A stretch of 46,481 bases of DNA from an uncultured Candidatus Saccharibacteria bacterium (GCA_964474765.1 CAYYTW010000001.1:1-46481); one strand, 5' to 3'. Counted from the first letter of the stretch, positions 26,712-36,387 are shown. Translations and numbers: made by a program. Notes: generated by a model from the sequence alone, not told the origin.

Positions 26712-28490
26712 CTATCGTTTTTTCCATTTCGCCCCGACTAACTTTTGAACGTTTTTTATTTTGGCTAAATTTCGGCAATCTATTTTGTGAACCGTCACGC
26801 CGCGGGAGACGGTAACATAGCCGTTAATAGGATCTGGCGGCTGGGGTTGGCAGCATTTGGCCACGTGGATTAAGATCTGTGTTTGTCCGTCGATTTCTAC
26901 TCGGGCGGGCAATGCCTCTTTTTCTTTAGCTTTTTTGGGCGGCTGAATTTGTTTTTCTTTCGGCGCCTCAAATGTCTCTTTTTCGAAAATTATTCTTTCC
27001 TTTTCTCTTAGCCATTTTTTAATTTTCGAGCGAGCATCGGAAGTTTTGACGAATTCGAGCCAATCCCGTTTAGGCATGGCTTCTTTTCTGGTCAAGATTT
27101 CTACAATTTGTCCGTTTGAAAGCGGCTGGCTTAAGGCGACAATTTTTCCGTCCGCTTTGGCCTCGGCGCAACGATGGCCGACATCCGTGTGAATGGCATA
27201 GGCAAAGTCTACGGCCGTCGCGTCTTCCGGCAGGTCAATGACGAGGCCCATGGGCGTGAAGACGAAAATTCTGTCGTTGAAAAAATCTATTTTCAGCCCT
27301 TCGAGAAATTCTTCCGGGTCTTTGGTCTCTTTTTGCCATTCCTGGAGCTGTTGTATCCAGATTAATTCTTTTTTCGGCGCCTGAAGCGATGGTGCTGGCT
27401 GGGCGCCGAAGCGAAAAGTTTTTTTCAGATAGTCTTTGAATCCTTTTTTCTCCGCATAGTGCCAATGGGCGGCGATACCATACTCTGCTTCCTTGTGTAT
27501 TTTTTCCGTCCGGATTTGTATCTCAACAATTTTGCCGTCCGTGCAAAAAACCGTCGTGTGAATCGATTGGTAGCCGTTGGTTTTTGGGATTGCGATATAA
27601 TCTTTAATGCGTCCGGGCAAGGGGCGCCACATTTTATGAATGACGCCTAAGGCGGTATAGCAATCTTCAACTGTCGGAACAATGATTCTTAGGGCAACCA
27701 GGTCATATATTTTATTTAAATCCATCTCGTGCCGCCGGAGTTTTTTGTATAGGCTGTAATAGTGTTTAGCGCGGGAATGGATGTCAACAACCTGAACTTT
27801 AGTTTTTTCTAATTCCCCCCCGACCATTTTTTGGATTCTTTGAATATATTTTTCCCGTTCCTGGTATTTGTCTCTTACGTTTTGCATCAGCCAATTGTAC
27901 TCGTTGGGATAATAATAGGGAAAGGCCGCGTCTTCGATCTGTCCTTTCATTTCGCCCATTCCCAGGCGATAAGCCAGAGGCGCGTAGATTTCCAGCGCTT
28001 CCATAGCGATTCTTTTTTGTTTTTCCTCCGGCACATATTTTAAAGTTTTCAGATTATGCAGCCGGTCGGCCAGCTTGATCAAAACCACCCGGATGTCCTG
28101 GGCCATGGCCAGAAGCATTCTTCTTAATTTTTCCGCCTGCCCTTCAATGCCGCGGTATTTGATTCTACCAAGCTTACTGACGCCACTGACCATAAAAGCG
28201 ATTTCCGGCCCGAATTCTTTTTCAATGTTTTCTATCGTGATCGGCGTGTCATCGACGACATCATGGAGAAGTCCGGCGGCGATGGTTTTAGAATTCAGTT
28301 TCAGCTGGGCCAAGGTTTTGGCGGTGGCCAGCGGATGAATGATGTATGGCTCGCCCGATTCCCGAAGTTGATCGCCGTGGGCTTTTTTGGCACACTCAAA
28401 AGCCTTTTGAATTAAATCAAAGTTTGCTTGAGGATTGTATGATTGGATTTCTTTAATGAGGTCGTCGATGGTTGGTGTGTGTGTGGGCAT
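26712..28490 (-). CDS. rel: bifunctional (p)ppGpp synthetase/hydrolase, RelA/SpoT homologue
   Basis: HD domain (HDVVDDT), synthetase block (YQSIHTTV...IQIRT...AAHWHY), a TGS domain and a conserved-Cys region (VAKCCQP). At 592 aa it appears to lack a C-terminal ACT/RRM domain. Confidence 0.9.
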   Translation of the reverse strand: MPTHTPTIDDLIKEIQSYNPQANFDLIQKAFECAKKAHGDQLRESGEPYIIHPLATAKTLAQLKLNSKTIAAGLLHDVVDDTPITIENIEKEFGPEIAFMVSGVSKLGRIKYRGIEGQAEKLRRMLLAMAQDIRVVLIKLADRLHNLKTLKYVPEEKQKRIAMEALEIYAPLAYRLGMGEMKGQIEDAAFPYYYPNEYNWLMQNVRDKYQEREKYIQRIQKMVGGELEKTKVQVVDIHSRAKHYYSLYKKLRRHEMDLNKIYDLVALRIIVPTVEDCYTALGVIHKMWRPLPGRIKDYIAIPKTNGYQSIHTTVFCTDGKIVEIQIRTEKIHKEAEYGIAAHWHYAEKKGFKDYLKKTFRFGAQPAPSLQAPKKELIWIQQLQEWQKETKDPEEFLEGLKIDFFNDRIFVFTPMGLVIDLPEDATAVDFAYAIHTDVGHRCAEAKADGKIVALSQPLSNGQIVEILTRKEAMPKRDWLEFVKTSDARSKIKKWLREKERIIFEKETFEAPKEKQIQPPKKAKEKEALPARVEIDGQTQILIHVAKCCQPQPPDPINGYVTVSRGVTVHKIDCRNLAKIKNVQKLVGAKWKKR

Positions 28491-28717
28491 TAGTCAGAAA
28501 TCAATTTTTGAGAAGTGCCAAATTTGCTTTCTATCCACGAAGCACCAAACTCAAAGCAGTAAATTCCTACTGGTGGCCACCAGAAAGGCGGTAAATAAAT
28601 CACAATAACCAAAACACAAAATCCAAAACGGTTTTGAAAATTTTAATTTTGCATTTTGTTCTCGTATACGAGGAACTTGTCCGATTTATTTAGGATTTGT
28701 AATTTTGGATTTGTAAT

Positions 28718-31063
28718 TTATTTCTTGTTGCACTCTTTGTTTGAGCACTTGGTTTTTCCTTTTGGCATCTCGACTAAGAGCGAATTGCACTTCGGGCATT
28801 TTTGGCCGGTCGGTTTATTCCAAAGCGCGAAGTCGCAATTCGGATAGCGTGAGCAGCCGTAAAAATTTCTTCCTTTTTTCGAGCGTAGTTCAACGATGTC
28901 TCCTTCTACGCATTTTGGGCAGACTATTCCCAGCTTCTTCTCGATTTTTTTTATATTTTTGCAATTTGGATAATTGGAACACCCCAAGAAAGCGCCGAAG
29001 CGTCCGCGTTTTACCGTCATCGGCGCTCCGCACTTTTCGCAGCCAACGCCGGCATGCGCTCCATCTATCTTCTTCTCTTCTTCGGTTTTTTCAGTATATT
29101 TACATTTGGGAAAATTGGCGCAAGCAATGAATTTCCCGAATCGTCCGAATTTCATGATAAGATCACCGCCGCATTCCGGGCATTGACGGTCAAGCTTTTC
29201 CAAAATGTCTTCTTTTTTTACTTTTTCCATTTTTTCTAAAAGATTTTTATGAAACGGTCCATAAAATTCACTAATTACCGGCGCCCACTCCCGTTTTCCC
29301 TCCGCTATTTCATCAAGGTTTTCTTCTACGGTCGCGGTAAATTTGACGTCTACGATTCGAGGAAAATGTTCTACTAAAAGATCGTTGACAAGCGCGCCGA
29401 TTTCCAGGGGGAAAAGCCGGCGACTCTCATCCTTATCGATGTATTGCCGCTCAATAATGGTTGAAATTATCGGCGCGTAGGTTGATGGCCGGCCGATGCC
29501 GTTTTCTTCAAGCGTTTTTACCAGCGATGCTTCGTTGTAACGCGGCGGGGCGGCGGTGAATTTTTGTTCCGTCTCAATGCGGGAGAGGGTTAAGGGTTCC
29601 TTTTCTTTCATCTCCGGGATCAATCCTGTTTCTCCAAGGTTTCTTTTTTCGTAGGCTTTCAGGTAGCCATCAAATTTTACAACTGACCCGCCGGCCCTAA
29701 GAAGATAGGAATTTTTCGTCTTTTCGTTTTTTGCCTCAATCTCTATTTGCAGGGAGTCAAAAATAGCCGGCGTCATTTGCGAAGCGATCACGCGGCCCCA
29801 GATGAGTTTGTAAAGTTTATGCTGGTTGGGATCAAGAGTCGCTTTGAGTTCGTCTGGGATTTTTTCCGGATGAGTCGGGCGAATGGCTTCATGCGCCTCT
29901 TGGGCGCCTTTTGATTTATTTTTGAAGAAGCGGGGAGAGGGCAGAGCGTATTCTGCTCCGAATTCTTTTTGAATTGTTTTTTGCGCGGAGGCAAGTGATT
30001 CTTGCGAAAGATTAAACGAATCGGTTCGCATGTAGGTGATATGACCCTCTTCGTAGAGCTTTTGAGCCACGACCATGGTTTGCTTAGCGGAGAACCCCAG
30101 TCGTCCGATAGCGGCCTGTTGTAGCGTAGAGGTAGTGAGGGGCGGAGGAGGGAATCCTTGAGTTTCTTTGCGGTCAACTGACTTGATGGAATAAGACGAT
30201 TCTTCCAGGTCGGCTTTTATGTTTTCCGATTCTTTCGTGGACGAGATGGAGGTTTTCTTGTTTCGGTATACTCCAGCGAAAACTTTTGTCTCGGTGATTT
30301 TTTCAATTTTTTCCCCGTTTTTCTCCGCGAGGCTTGCTTCAAATTCTTCGGTTGCGCCCTCTTTTCGGAGTCGGGCTTTAATATTCCAAAATTCTTCTTC
30401 GCGGAATTTTTCGATTTCGCGTTCACGTTCGACAATGAAGCGTAGAGCAATAGATTGCACGCGTCCGGCCGAAAGGCCGCGTCGCATTTTTTTCCAGAGA
30501 AACGGCGAGAGTTCATAACCGACGAGGCGGTCTAAAATTCTTCGCGCTTGCTGGGCATCGACCAAATTAATATCGATCTCGCGCGGATTTTTAAGCGCGT
30601 TTTCTATAGCGCTTTTGGTGATTTCATGGAAAACAATGCGGTGATAAGGTTTTGAATTTTGAATTTTGAATTTTTCCGCCGAAGGCGGATCCGCCCCTGG
30701 CGGAGAATTTTTTTCGGATTTGAACAAGTTCCTCGCGAGCGAGAGCGGATTTCGGATTTCGGATTTCCCAAGCTGTAAAGCTTGGGCGAGGTGCCAGGAA
30801 ATAGCTTCGCCTTCACGGTCTTCGTCGGTGGCCAGAATAACCTCTTTTGATTTGGCGGATAATTTTTTAAGTTCGGAAACTTTGGTTCTCGCCTTGGCAG
30901 GAATAATGTATCTGGGTTCAAAATTGTGTTCAATATCAATCCCCATTTCTTTTTTTGGCAGATCGCGAACATGCCCATAGCTCGATTTAACCAAAAAATT
31001 GTCGCTTAGAAAGCGCTGGATGGTTTTGGCTTTGGTTGGCGATTCGACGATGACGAGTTTCAT
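28718..31063 (-). CDS. topA: DNA topoisomerase I
   Basis: Toprim N-terminus MKLVIVESPTKAKTI, the active-site region and four C-terminal CxxC...CxxC zinc-ribbon repeats. The 31084 ORF-track start arises from a duplicated leader repeat. Confidence 0.93.
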   Translation of the reverse strand: MKLVIVESPTKAKTIQRFLSDNFLVKSSYGHVRDLPKKEMGIDIEHNFEPRYIIPAKARTKVSELKKLSAKSKEVILATDEDREGEAISWHLAQALQLGKSEIRNPLSLARNLFKSEKNSPPGADPPSAEKFKIQNSKPYHRIVFHEITKSAIENALKNPREIDINLVDAQQARRILDRLVGYELSPFLWKKMRRGLSAGRVQSIALRFIVEREREIEKFREEEFWNIKARLRKEGATEEFEASLAEKNGEKIEKITETKVFAGVYRNKKTSISSTKESENIKADLEESSYSIKSVDRKETQGFPPPPLTTSTLQQAAIGRLGFSAKQTMVVAQKLYEEGHITYMRTDSFNLSQESLASAQKTIQKEFGAEYALPSPRFFKNKSKGAQEAHEAIRPTHPEKIPDELKATLDPNQHKLYKLIWGRVIASQMTPAIFDSLQIEIEAKNEKTKNSYLLRAGGSVVKFDGYLKAYEKRNLGETGLIPEMKEKEPLTLSRIETEQKFTAAPPRYNEASLVKTLEENGIGRPSTYAPIISTIIERQYIDKDESRRLFPLEIGALVNDLLVEHFPRIVDVKFTATVEENLDEIAEGKREWAPVISEFYGPFHKNLLEKMEKVKKEDILEKLDRQCPECGGDLIMKFGRFGKFIACANFPKCKYTEKTEEEKKIDGAHAGVGCEKCGAPMTVKRGRFGAFLGCSNYPNCKNIKKIEKKLGIVCPKCVEGDIVELRSKKGRNFYGCSRYPNCDFALWNKPTGQKCPKCNSLLVEMPKGKTKCSNKECNKK
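30651..30768. repeat. composite repeat insertion in-frame in topA (GGATCC hairpin + family A)
   Basis: Encodes GKSEIRNPLSLARNLFKSEKNSPPGADPPSAEKFKIQNSK between conserved TopA blocks. It contains 30674-30705 (GGATCC element, opposite orientation to the metG and pth copies) and 30722-30754 (33 nt identical to leuS). Confidence 0.85.
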
Positions 31064-31137
31064 GAAACATGTAACATGAAACATGTAACAGATGCAAAAA
31101 AATTGTTACATGTTATATGTTGTGTGTTACGTGCTCT

Positions 31138-32238
31138 TTATCTCGCTATCACATATTGCATCCCGCCTAAGTTTTTCGCTTTTCCCTTCATTTCCATTAA
31201 AGTCAGGGTCGAGCTGACCGTTGCTGTGTCAAGTTTAGTTTCTATCACGATTTTGTCAATATGGATTGGTTCATGAGAGAGGAGTTTTAAAATCAGCGCT
31301 TCTTCGTCGGTGTCGGGAATTATTTCTTTGGCTTCGATTTGTTCGGTGAGGGAAACAAGGTTTAATTCCTCGAGAACGTCTTGAACATTGCAAACCAATT
31401 TCGCCCCCATTTTTATTAGATTATTTGGGCCAACGGAGCTTGGAGAATAAATTGGCCCGGGAATGGCAAAAACTTGGCGGTTCTGGCCGAGAGCGTGATT
31501 AGCGGTTAAAAATGTCCCGCTTTTTTCAGCGGCCTCGATGACTAATACGCCTAAAGATAAACCGGAAATAATGCGGTTGCGGGCGGGGAAATGATAGGGC
31601 ATCGCTTCGGTTCCGATTGGGTATTCGGAAATGACAGCTCCGTTTTCGGCAATCATATCGGCAAGTTTGCGGTTGCTTGATGGATAAATGCTGTTTCTGT
31701 CCAAGCCGGAGCCGATAACAGCGATCGTTCTGCCTCTTGTTTCAAAGCAAGCTTTGTGGGCCAGAGTGTCGATACCTAACGCTAAACCGCTGACAATGGT
31801 TAGACCGGCGGATGATAAATCGCGCGCGAGGTTGCCGACAGCCTGGATGCCGTAGGAAGTTGGTTTTCTGGTGCCGACAACCGCTAGACTAAAATCGTCT
31901 TGCGGTTTGAAGGCGCCCCTGATATATAAAACCGCCGGCGGGTCGTAAATTTCTTTGAGAAGTTTGGGATATGTTTTGTCTCCGGCGGTTATTATCGTCA
32001 TCTTTTCTTTGGCTAATTTTTCTAATTCTTTGTCTGGATTGATATTTCTTCGTTCGGCGCAAATTTTTTGCGCTATTTTTTCGTCGAGCCCGGCGTTTCG
32101 GAAATCGTTTTCGTCTGCCCGCCAGGCATTTTCTAAGGAATCAAAATAAGCCAGAAGCATTTTGAATCTTATGGCTCCGATTTCCGGGAAAAGATTGAAA
32201 GCATTGTAATATTTTAATTCTTTTGTCGAGGTAGACAT
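31138..32238 (-). CDS. dprA: DNA-processing protein DprA (Smf)
   Basis: Rossmann-like core with GLALGIDTLAHKA and GTFLTANHALGQNRQVFAIPG, plus a C-terminal winged-helix-like tail. The dprA-topA gene order is widely conserved. Confidence 0.9.
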   Translation of the reverse strand: MSTSTKELKYYNAFNLFPEIGAIRFKMLLAYFDSLENAWRADENDFRNAGLDEKIAQKICAERRNINPDKELEKLAKEKMTIITAGDKTYPKLLKEIYDPPAVLYIRGAFKPQDDFSLAVVGTRKPTSYGIQAVGNLARDLSSAGLTIVSGLALGIDTLAHKACFETRGRTIAVIGSGLDRNSIYPSSNRKLADMIAENGAVISEYPIGTEAMPYHFPARNRIISGLSLGVLVIEAAEKSGTFLTANHALGQNRQVFAIPGPIYSPSSVGPNNLIKMGAKLVCNVQDVLEELNLVSLTEQIEAKEIIPDTDEEALILKLLSHEPIHIDKIVIETKLDTATVSSTLTLMEMKGKAKNLGGMQYVIAR

Positions 32239-32527
32239 TTCTTATCTTAAATGAGTGGATAATGATAAATTGCGGGATAAGGGGGAATCAGGCATTGATT
32301 CCGTTAGAGAGAGTTTGGTGAATAATGCCTAAAACTATTATTCTCCCTCCCCCCTTTAGACTTTGTCCGTCCGTAGCTTCACGCGAAGGAGGATGAGGGG
32401 AGGATTAAAGAGGGGTGTTAAAATGAATAAATTATATTTTTTATTTGAAACACCGCCTCCCCCAACTCCTCCTCATCATCCTGCGCCAAGACTTTGGAGG
32501 ACAGACCAGAGGAGGGAAGGATAAAAT

Positions 32528-32657
32528 GAGATGGTTACAAAACTATCTAATCTGTCATCCCGAATTCATTTCGGGATCTAAGTTTAGTGATTATTAGAAC
32601 GAAGTAGATTCTGAAACAAGTTCAGAATAACAATACGACGAGTTTTGTAACCATCTC
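32528..32657. mobile_element. 130-bp MITE copy A (TIR gagatggttacaaaac)
   Basis: 16-bp perfect terminal inverted repeats. It differs from copy B (36840-36969) at one position and is flanked by aat/aat. Confidence 0.8.
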
Positions 32658-32694
32658 AATATACAATTTTCACCAAACACTCTCTCTCACGGGA

Positions 32695-32723
32695 TTGACA
32701 AAAATTAGAATATAGTATATAAT
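32695..32723 (+). promoter_or_regulatory. perfect-consensus sigma70 promoter TTGACA-N17-TATAAT
   Basis: ttgaca 32695-32700, exactly 17 nt, tataat 32718-32723. Confidence 0.65.
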
Positions 32724-32739
32724 AACGGAAAATTACTAG

Positions 32740-33009
32740 CCCCCACACTTAATTGACACTGAAGCAGGGCTTTTGCATGTTGATTTATATTTTATCTATT
32801 AACACACAAGGCACAGCAGCAATTCTTTGTTTCGCACAACAAATGTGCCAATTAAGTGTGGGGGTAAAATGCGCCTCGCTATCCTATCTGTGAGTGGCGA
32901 AAACTTAAGAACAACCCTCCTATTCTTGGTTAGTAACCGGTGAGATCGGGGGTTGCCCGATTCTTCGGGATTTGCCCCTGAAGCTCGCAGATAGGATAGC
33001 GAGGCGCAT
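32740..33009 (+). other. two consecutive long perfect-stem hairpins downstream of the consensus promoter (candidate structured RNA/leader or two palindromic MITEs)
   Basis: Stem 1 is 32740-32755 with 32849-32864 (16 bp perfect). Stem 2 is 32869-32890 with 32988-33009 (22 bp perfect), with inner helices such as atcggg/cccgat. Confidence 0.5.
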
Positions 33010-33042
33010 CAGTTCCTCCAAAACTAAATAAGAGGTGAAGTC

Positions 33043-33327
33043 GTGGATAAGGGATGGCTATGTAATGGATTGCTGTTGGCGCTATGCGTTATTTTCTTCT
33101 TAATTTCTTTTACCGGCGTTCGTGTGTCTCGGCACATCCATGACGACGGCACAATAATTTCAACAGTAAACCCATTGTGTCTCATTGGGACGCGCTCGCG
33201 AAACGCGAAATTGGTTGAGGAGGCGATCCGAGTGATGTCGGCAGGGCTGGGCGTCCAGGTTGTCGAAATTTTTAGTGACGGCTGGACGGTCAGGGGCCGC
33301 GTTGCCCAGAACCAAGATAGGAGTTAA
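33043..33327 (+). CDS. hypothetical protein (94 aa, N-terminal TM helix)
   Basis: GTG start with RBS aagaggtga 6 nt upstream. It is followed by a terminator. No family recognised. Confidence 0.45.
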   Translation: MDKGWLCNGLLLALCVIFFLISFTGVRVSRHIHDDGTIISTVNPLCLIGTRSRNAKLVEEAIRVMSAGLGVQVVEIFSDGWTVRGRVAQNQDRS

Positions 33328-33348
33328 TTCGGCCGGAGAACGGCTTTT

Positions 33349-33375
33349 GCGGGCGTCACGCGCCCGCCTTTTTTG
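33349..33375 (+). terminator. intrinsic terminator
   Basis: gcgggcg-tcacg-cgcccgc followed by cttttttg. Confidence 0.7.
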
Positions 33376-33550
33376 TTTGTGTGATTTGTAATCGAATTGT
33401 TGTTTCTTGCATCATCTTGAATTTATTTCAGAATCTTTTTAATAATCGATAACCTATGAGATCCCGAAACAAGTTCGGGATGACATGGATGTATAGTTAA
33501 GAAGCTTTTAATTAAATCTTTTTAATAGGAGTATTATGTTTTTTGGGTAA

Positions 33551-34108
33551 TTAAAATAATTCCAATTTTTTAATCGCTTCTGGAATTACTTTTTTAATAA
33601 CTTCTTTTTCTTCTCTGTTGAAGTTTTTTAAAACAAAGGCGTCAGCCTTGATGTCGGTTTCGGGGTGGGGTGGCCTGATGCCGATACGCATGCGCCAAAA
33701 ATCTTTTGTGTCAAGCGCATCAATGATTGATTGCGCTCCTTTATGTCCGGCCGAGCCGCGGCCAAACTCGAATTTAAAGATGCCGAGCGGCAAATCAAAA
33801 TCATCATGCACTATCGTGTAACTTCCAACTTCTCCGCCAAAGGCGGATCCACCCTCGGCGGACAACTTCCAACTTCCAACTATTGATTTAACTGCTTCCC
33901 CCGAACTATTCATATATGTCTGCGGCTTGGCGATGATAATGCCGCGTTCAGTATTTTCAGATATTTCCGACTCTAACTTTCTATTTAATTTCCACTTAGA
34001 AAATCCGCCGATATTTTTTTGAATATAATCAACAGTTAAAAACCCCACATTGTGTCGGGTTTTTTCATATTTTTTTCCCGGATTGCCGAGGCCGACAACT
34101 ATCTTCAT
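33551..34108 (-). CDS. pth: peptidyl-tRNA hydrolase
   Basis: MKIVVGLGNPG...YEKTRHNVGF...MNSSG...HDDFDLPLG...GHKG blocks. The 34150 ORF-track start lies inside a family A repeat. Confidence 0.9.
   Translation of the reverse strand: MKIVVGLGNPGKKYEKTRHNVGFLTVDYIQKNIGGFSKWKLNRKLESEISENTERGIIIAKPQTYMNSSGEAVKSIVGSWKLSAEGGSAFGGEVGSYTIVHDDFDLPLGIFKFEFGRGSAGHKGAQSIIDALDTKDFWRMRIGIRPPHPETDIKADAFVLKNFNREEKEVIKKVIPEAIKKLELF
33842..33874. repeat. GGATCC-centred hairpin repeat in-frame in pth
   Basis: Encodes SAEGGSAFGGE and is flanked by ggaagttggaagtt units. It has the same coding orientation and frame as the metG copy. Confidence 0.8.
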
Positions 34109-34240
34109 AGAAATCCGAAGCACGAAATCCGAAATCCGAAACAATATCAAATGCCCAAAATCATAATGCCCAAACCGTTTTGAATATTTGAAAATTTAAT
34201 TTATAATTTATTTCGAATTTCGAAATTTTGATTTCGAGTT
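34109..34240. repeat. family A palindromic repeat, intergenic copy (pth-lepB)
   Basis: Left end gaaatccgaagcacgaaatccgaaatccgaaaca. Right end atttcgaatttcgaaattttgatttcgag in inverted orientation. Confidence 0.7.
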
Positions 34241-34322
34241 TACGAACTAATAATATCGCGTCTTGCAAAAATGGGCAAATACTATAGAATGAAATTAACA
34301 AATAATTCATAAAGGAGAAATA

Positions 34323-34871
34323 ATGCGCGGTTTTTTTCTTTTCCTTTGGGAGACAATTAAAATTGTTGTTGTTTCCGCATTGATAGTGGTGCCGATACGG
34401 TATTTTGTTGTCCAGCCGTTTTTTGTCAAAGGCGCTTCGATGGAACCGGGTTTTGACGACGGGCATTACTTGATTATTAATGAAATTAGCTATCGTCTCG
34501 AGGCTCCCGAAAGAGGAGATGTGATAGTTTTTCGTTACCCCTTGGATCCGTCGCAATATTATATCAAAAGAATTATTGGTTTGCCCGGCGAGACGGTGGA
34601 AATCGTCGGCGGGGGGGTAATTATTTATAACCAGCGGCATCCAGCCGGGATGGTTTTAGTGGAGGATTATTTGGTAGCCGGCCAAAAAACTACCGGCGAT
34701 TTCAGAGTGACTCTGCGCGGTGATGAATATTTTGTTTTGGGAGATAATCGCGAGGCTTCTTCTGATTCCAGGCGTTGGGGTCCATTGGATAAAGATTATA
34801 TCATCGGCCGTGTCTGGGTGCGGGCTTGGCCGCCGGATAGACTGATGGTTTTCGCGGCGCCGAACTATTAA
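34323..34871 (+). CDS. lepB: signal peptidase I
   Basis: GASMEP (catalytic Ser), KRIIGLPGE (Lys box) and GDNREASSDSR blocks. RBS aaaggag. Confidence 0.9.
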   Translation: MRGFFLFLWETIKIVVVSALIVVPIRYFVVQPFFVKGASMEPGFDDGHYLIINEISYRLEAPERGDVIVFRYPLDPSQYYIKRIIGLPGETVEIVGGGVIIYNQRHPAGMVLVEDYLVAGQKTTGDFRVTLRGDEYFVLGDNREASSDSRRWGPLDKDYIIGRVWVRAWPPDRLMVFAAPNY

Positions 34872-34880
34872 AAGGACACA

Positions 34881-34944
34881 ATGCGAAATATGCGAATAAA
34901 CTTGTTAGTAGGCGAGTGGCGTGAAAAATTCGCATTTTTCGCAT
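34881..34944. repeat. 64-bp palindromic element with 17-bp arms built from ATGCGAA units
   Basis: atgcgaaatatgcgaat (34881-34897) is inverted at attcgcatttttcgcat (34928-34944), with one mismatch. Confidence 0.7.
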
Positions 34945-34975
34945 AAATCTTTCGCGCTTTTCGCATTATATTATA

Positions 34976-36301
34976 ATGTTTCAACCGGCAAAGCCAAAAA
35001 ATAGGCCTGAAAATAGGCCCGGAAATCAAAAAACATTTCAAGCTCCAAAGGGGACTTATGATATTCTGCCCGGCGAACAAGTTTACTGGGAGAGAATTTA
35101 TAAAATCGCGAGAGAGGTTTTTCTTTTTTACGGTTTCGGGCGGATTGACACTCCTATCATTGAAGAGGCGGACCTTTACGTTCGCGCCACCGGCGAATCG
35201 ACGGATGTCGTCGAAAAGCAAATATATCTTTTTAAAAGCAAAGGCGGAGATTTTTTGGCTTTGCGTCCAGAGTTTACCCCGGGCGTTATTCGCGCCTATT
35301 TAGAGGATGGGTTGTCTGCCTTGGTTCATCCAGTTAAGCTTTATAGTTTTGGCCCCCTTTTTCGTTATGAAAATCCGCAGGCTGGACGCTATCGACAGTT
35401 CCACCAGATTAACCTTGAGGTTATTGGCAGCAAGGCGCCAGCCAACGACGCCGAAGTCATCCAGCTGTTTTTCGTGATTTTCCGCGAGTTGGGATTGAAA
35501 GCTATTAATCTTTATATTAATTCTATTGGGTGTTCGGAATGCCGGCCGCATTACAGAAAACTATTGGTTGGATATTATAAAAATAAGATTGATCGTCTCT
35601 GTCTCGATTGCAAAAAGCGTTTTAGGCAAAATCCATTGAGATTGTTGGACTGCAAAGACGAGCGGTGCGTTCAGTTTATGGTTGGCGCGCCTCAAATGAT
35701 CGATCACCTTTGCGAAGAATGCCATACTCATTTAAAGGGCGTGTTGGAGTTTCTGGACGACTTGGAAATTCCTTATATTTTAAATCAGTCTTTGGTGCGG
35801 GGCTTGGATTATTATACTAAAACTGTTTTCGAGTTTTGGCCCGATGGTGAACAGGCGCGTCAGGGCGCCTTGGGGGGTGGCGGGCGCTACGACTATCTGA
35901 TAAAGTTTTTAGGCGGCAAGGATACTCCGGCCGTGGGAGGCGGGATAGGCGTGGAAAGATTAATCGCGCAATTGAAATCCCAGGCCGTTAAATTCCATTC
36001 GCTTATCAGTCCGCGGGTTTTTTTGGTTCAATTAGGAGAGTTGGCTAGAAGAAGGGGTTTTAAAATTTTCGAAGAACTGCGGAAGGCAAATATTGCCGCC
36101 GCCGCCGCGTTTAGCAAAGACAGCATTAAAACCCAGTTGAAGTTGGCGGATCGAGCCGAAATTAAGATAGCGCTGATTTTCGGTCAGCAAGAGGTTTTGG
36201 ACGGAACGGTTATTATCCGCGATATGGCTAGCGGAGCCCAGGAAACCATAAAACAGGATAAATTGATTTTGGTGTTGAAGAAAAGGTTGGCGAAAAAATA
36301 A
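34976..36301 (+). CDS. hisS: histidine--tRNA ligase
   Basis: KGTYDILPGE, class II motif regions (FRYENPQAGRYRQFHQ, GGGGRYD) and a C-terminal anticodon-binding domain. Confidence 0.92.
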   Translation: MFQPAKPKNRPENRPGNQKTFQAPKGTYDILPGEQVYWERIYKIAREVFLFYGFGRIDTPIIEEADLYVRATGESTDVVEKQIYLFKSKGGDFLALRPEFTPGVIRAYLEDGLSALVHPVKLYSFGPLFRYENPQAGRYRQFHQINLEVIGSKAPANDAEVIQLFFVIFRELGLKAINLYINSIGCSECRPHYRKLLVGYYKNKIDRLCLDCKKRFRQNPLRLLDCKDERCVQFMVGAPQMIDHLCEECHTHLKGVLEFLDDLEIPYILNQSLVRGLDYYTKTVFEFWPDGEQARQGALGGGGRYDYLIKFLGGKDTPAVGGGIGVERLIAQLKSQAVKFHSLISPRVFLVQLGELARRRGFKIFEELRKANIAAAAAFSKDSIKTQLKLADRAEIKIALIFGQQEVLDGTVIIRDMASGAQETIKQDKLILVLKKRLAKK

Positions 36302-36387
36302 CCGCGATACCAATATGCGAATGCATACGAATTATACTAATATATTCGTAGCGTTAGCATGGTAATTAGTATTATTCGCATCGCATA

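Noticed and set aside
28570-28583. Perfect 14-bp palindrome ctggtggccaccag between topA and rel as a regulatory site or terminator.
   Set aside because: It cannot form a stable hairpin because there is no loop, it has no T-run and it occurs once. There is too little evidence to call it anything.
32869-33009. Identification of the 141-nt hairpin (or the preceding 125-nt hairpin) as SRP RNA, 6S RNA, RNase P RNA, tmRNA or a hammerhead ribozyme.
   Set aside because: No SRP domain IV GGAA/AGCA motif is present in the right position. There is no RNase P P4 consensus and no tmRNA acceptor or tag. ctgtgag...cgaaa lacks the CUGAUGA hammerhead core. It is kept only as an unclassified candidate.
34109-34150. 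N-terminal extensions in the ORF track for pth (34150), topA (31084), leuS (14804), ftcD (8529), rpsU (37012) and the 3103-3651 ORF.
   Set aside because: Canonical protein N-termini and better RBS or start contexts occur at internal starts. The extensions are encoded by repeats (pth MILFRISDFVLRIS; topA duplicated leader) or overlap the upstream gene.
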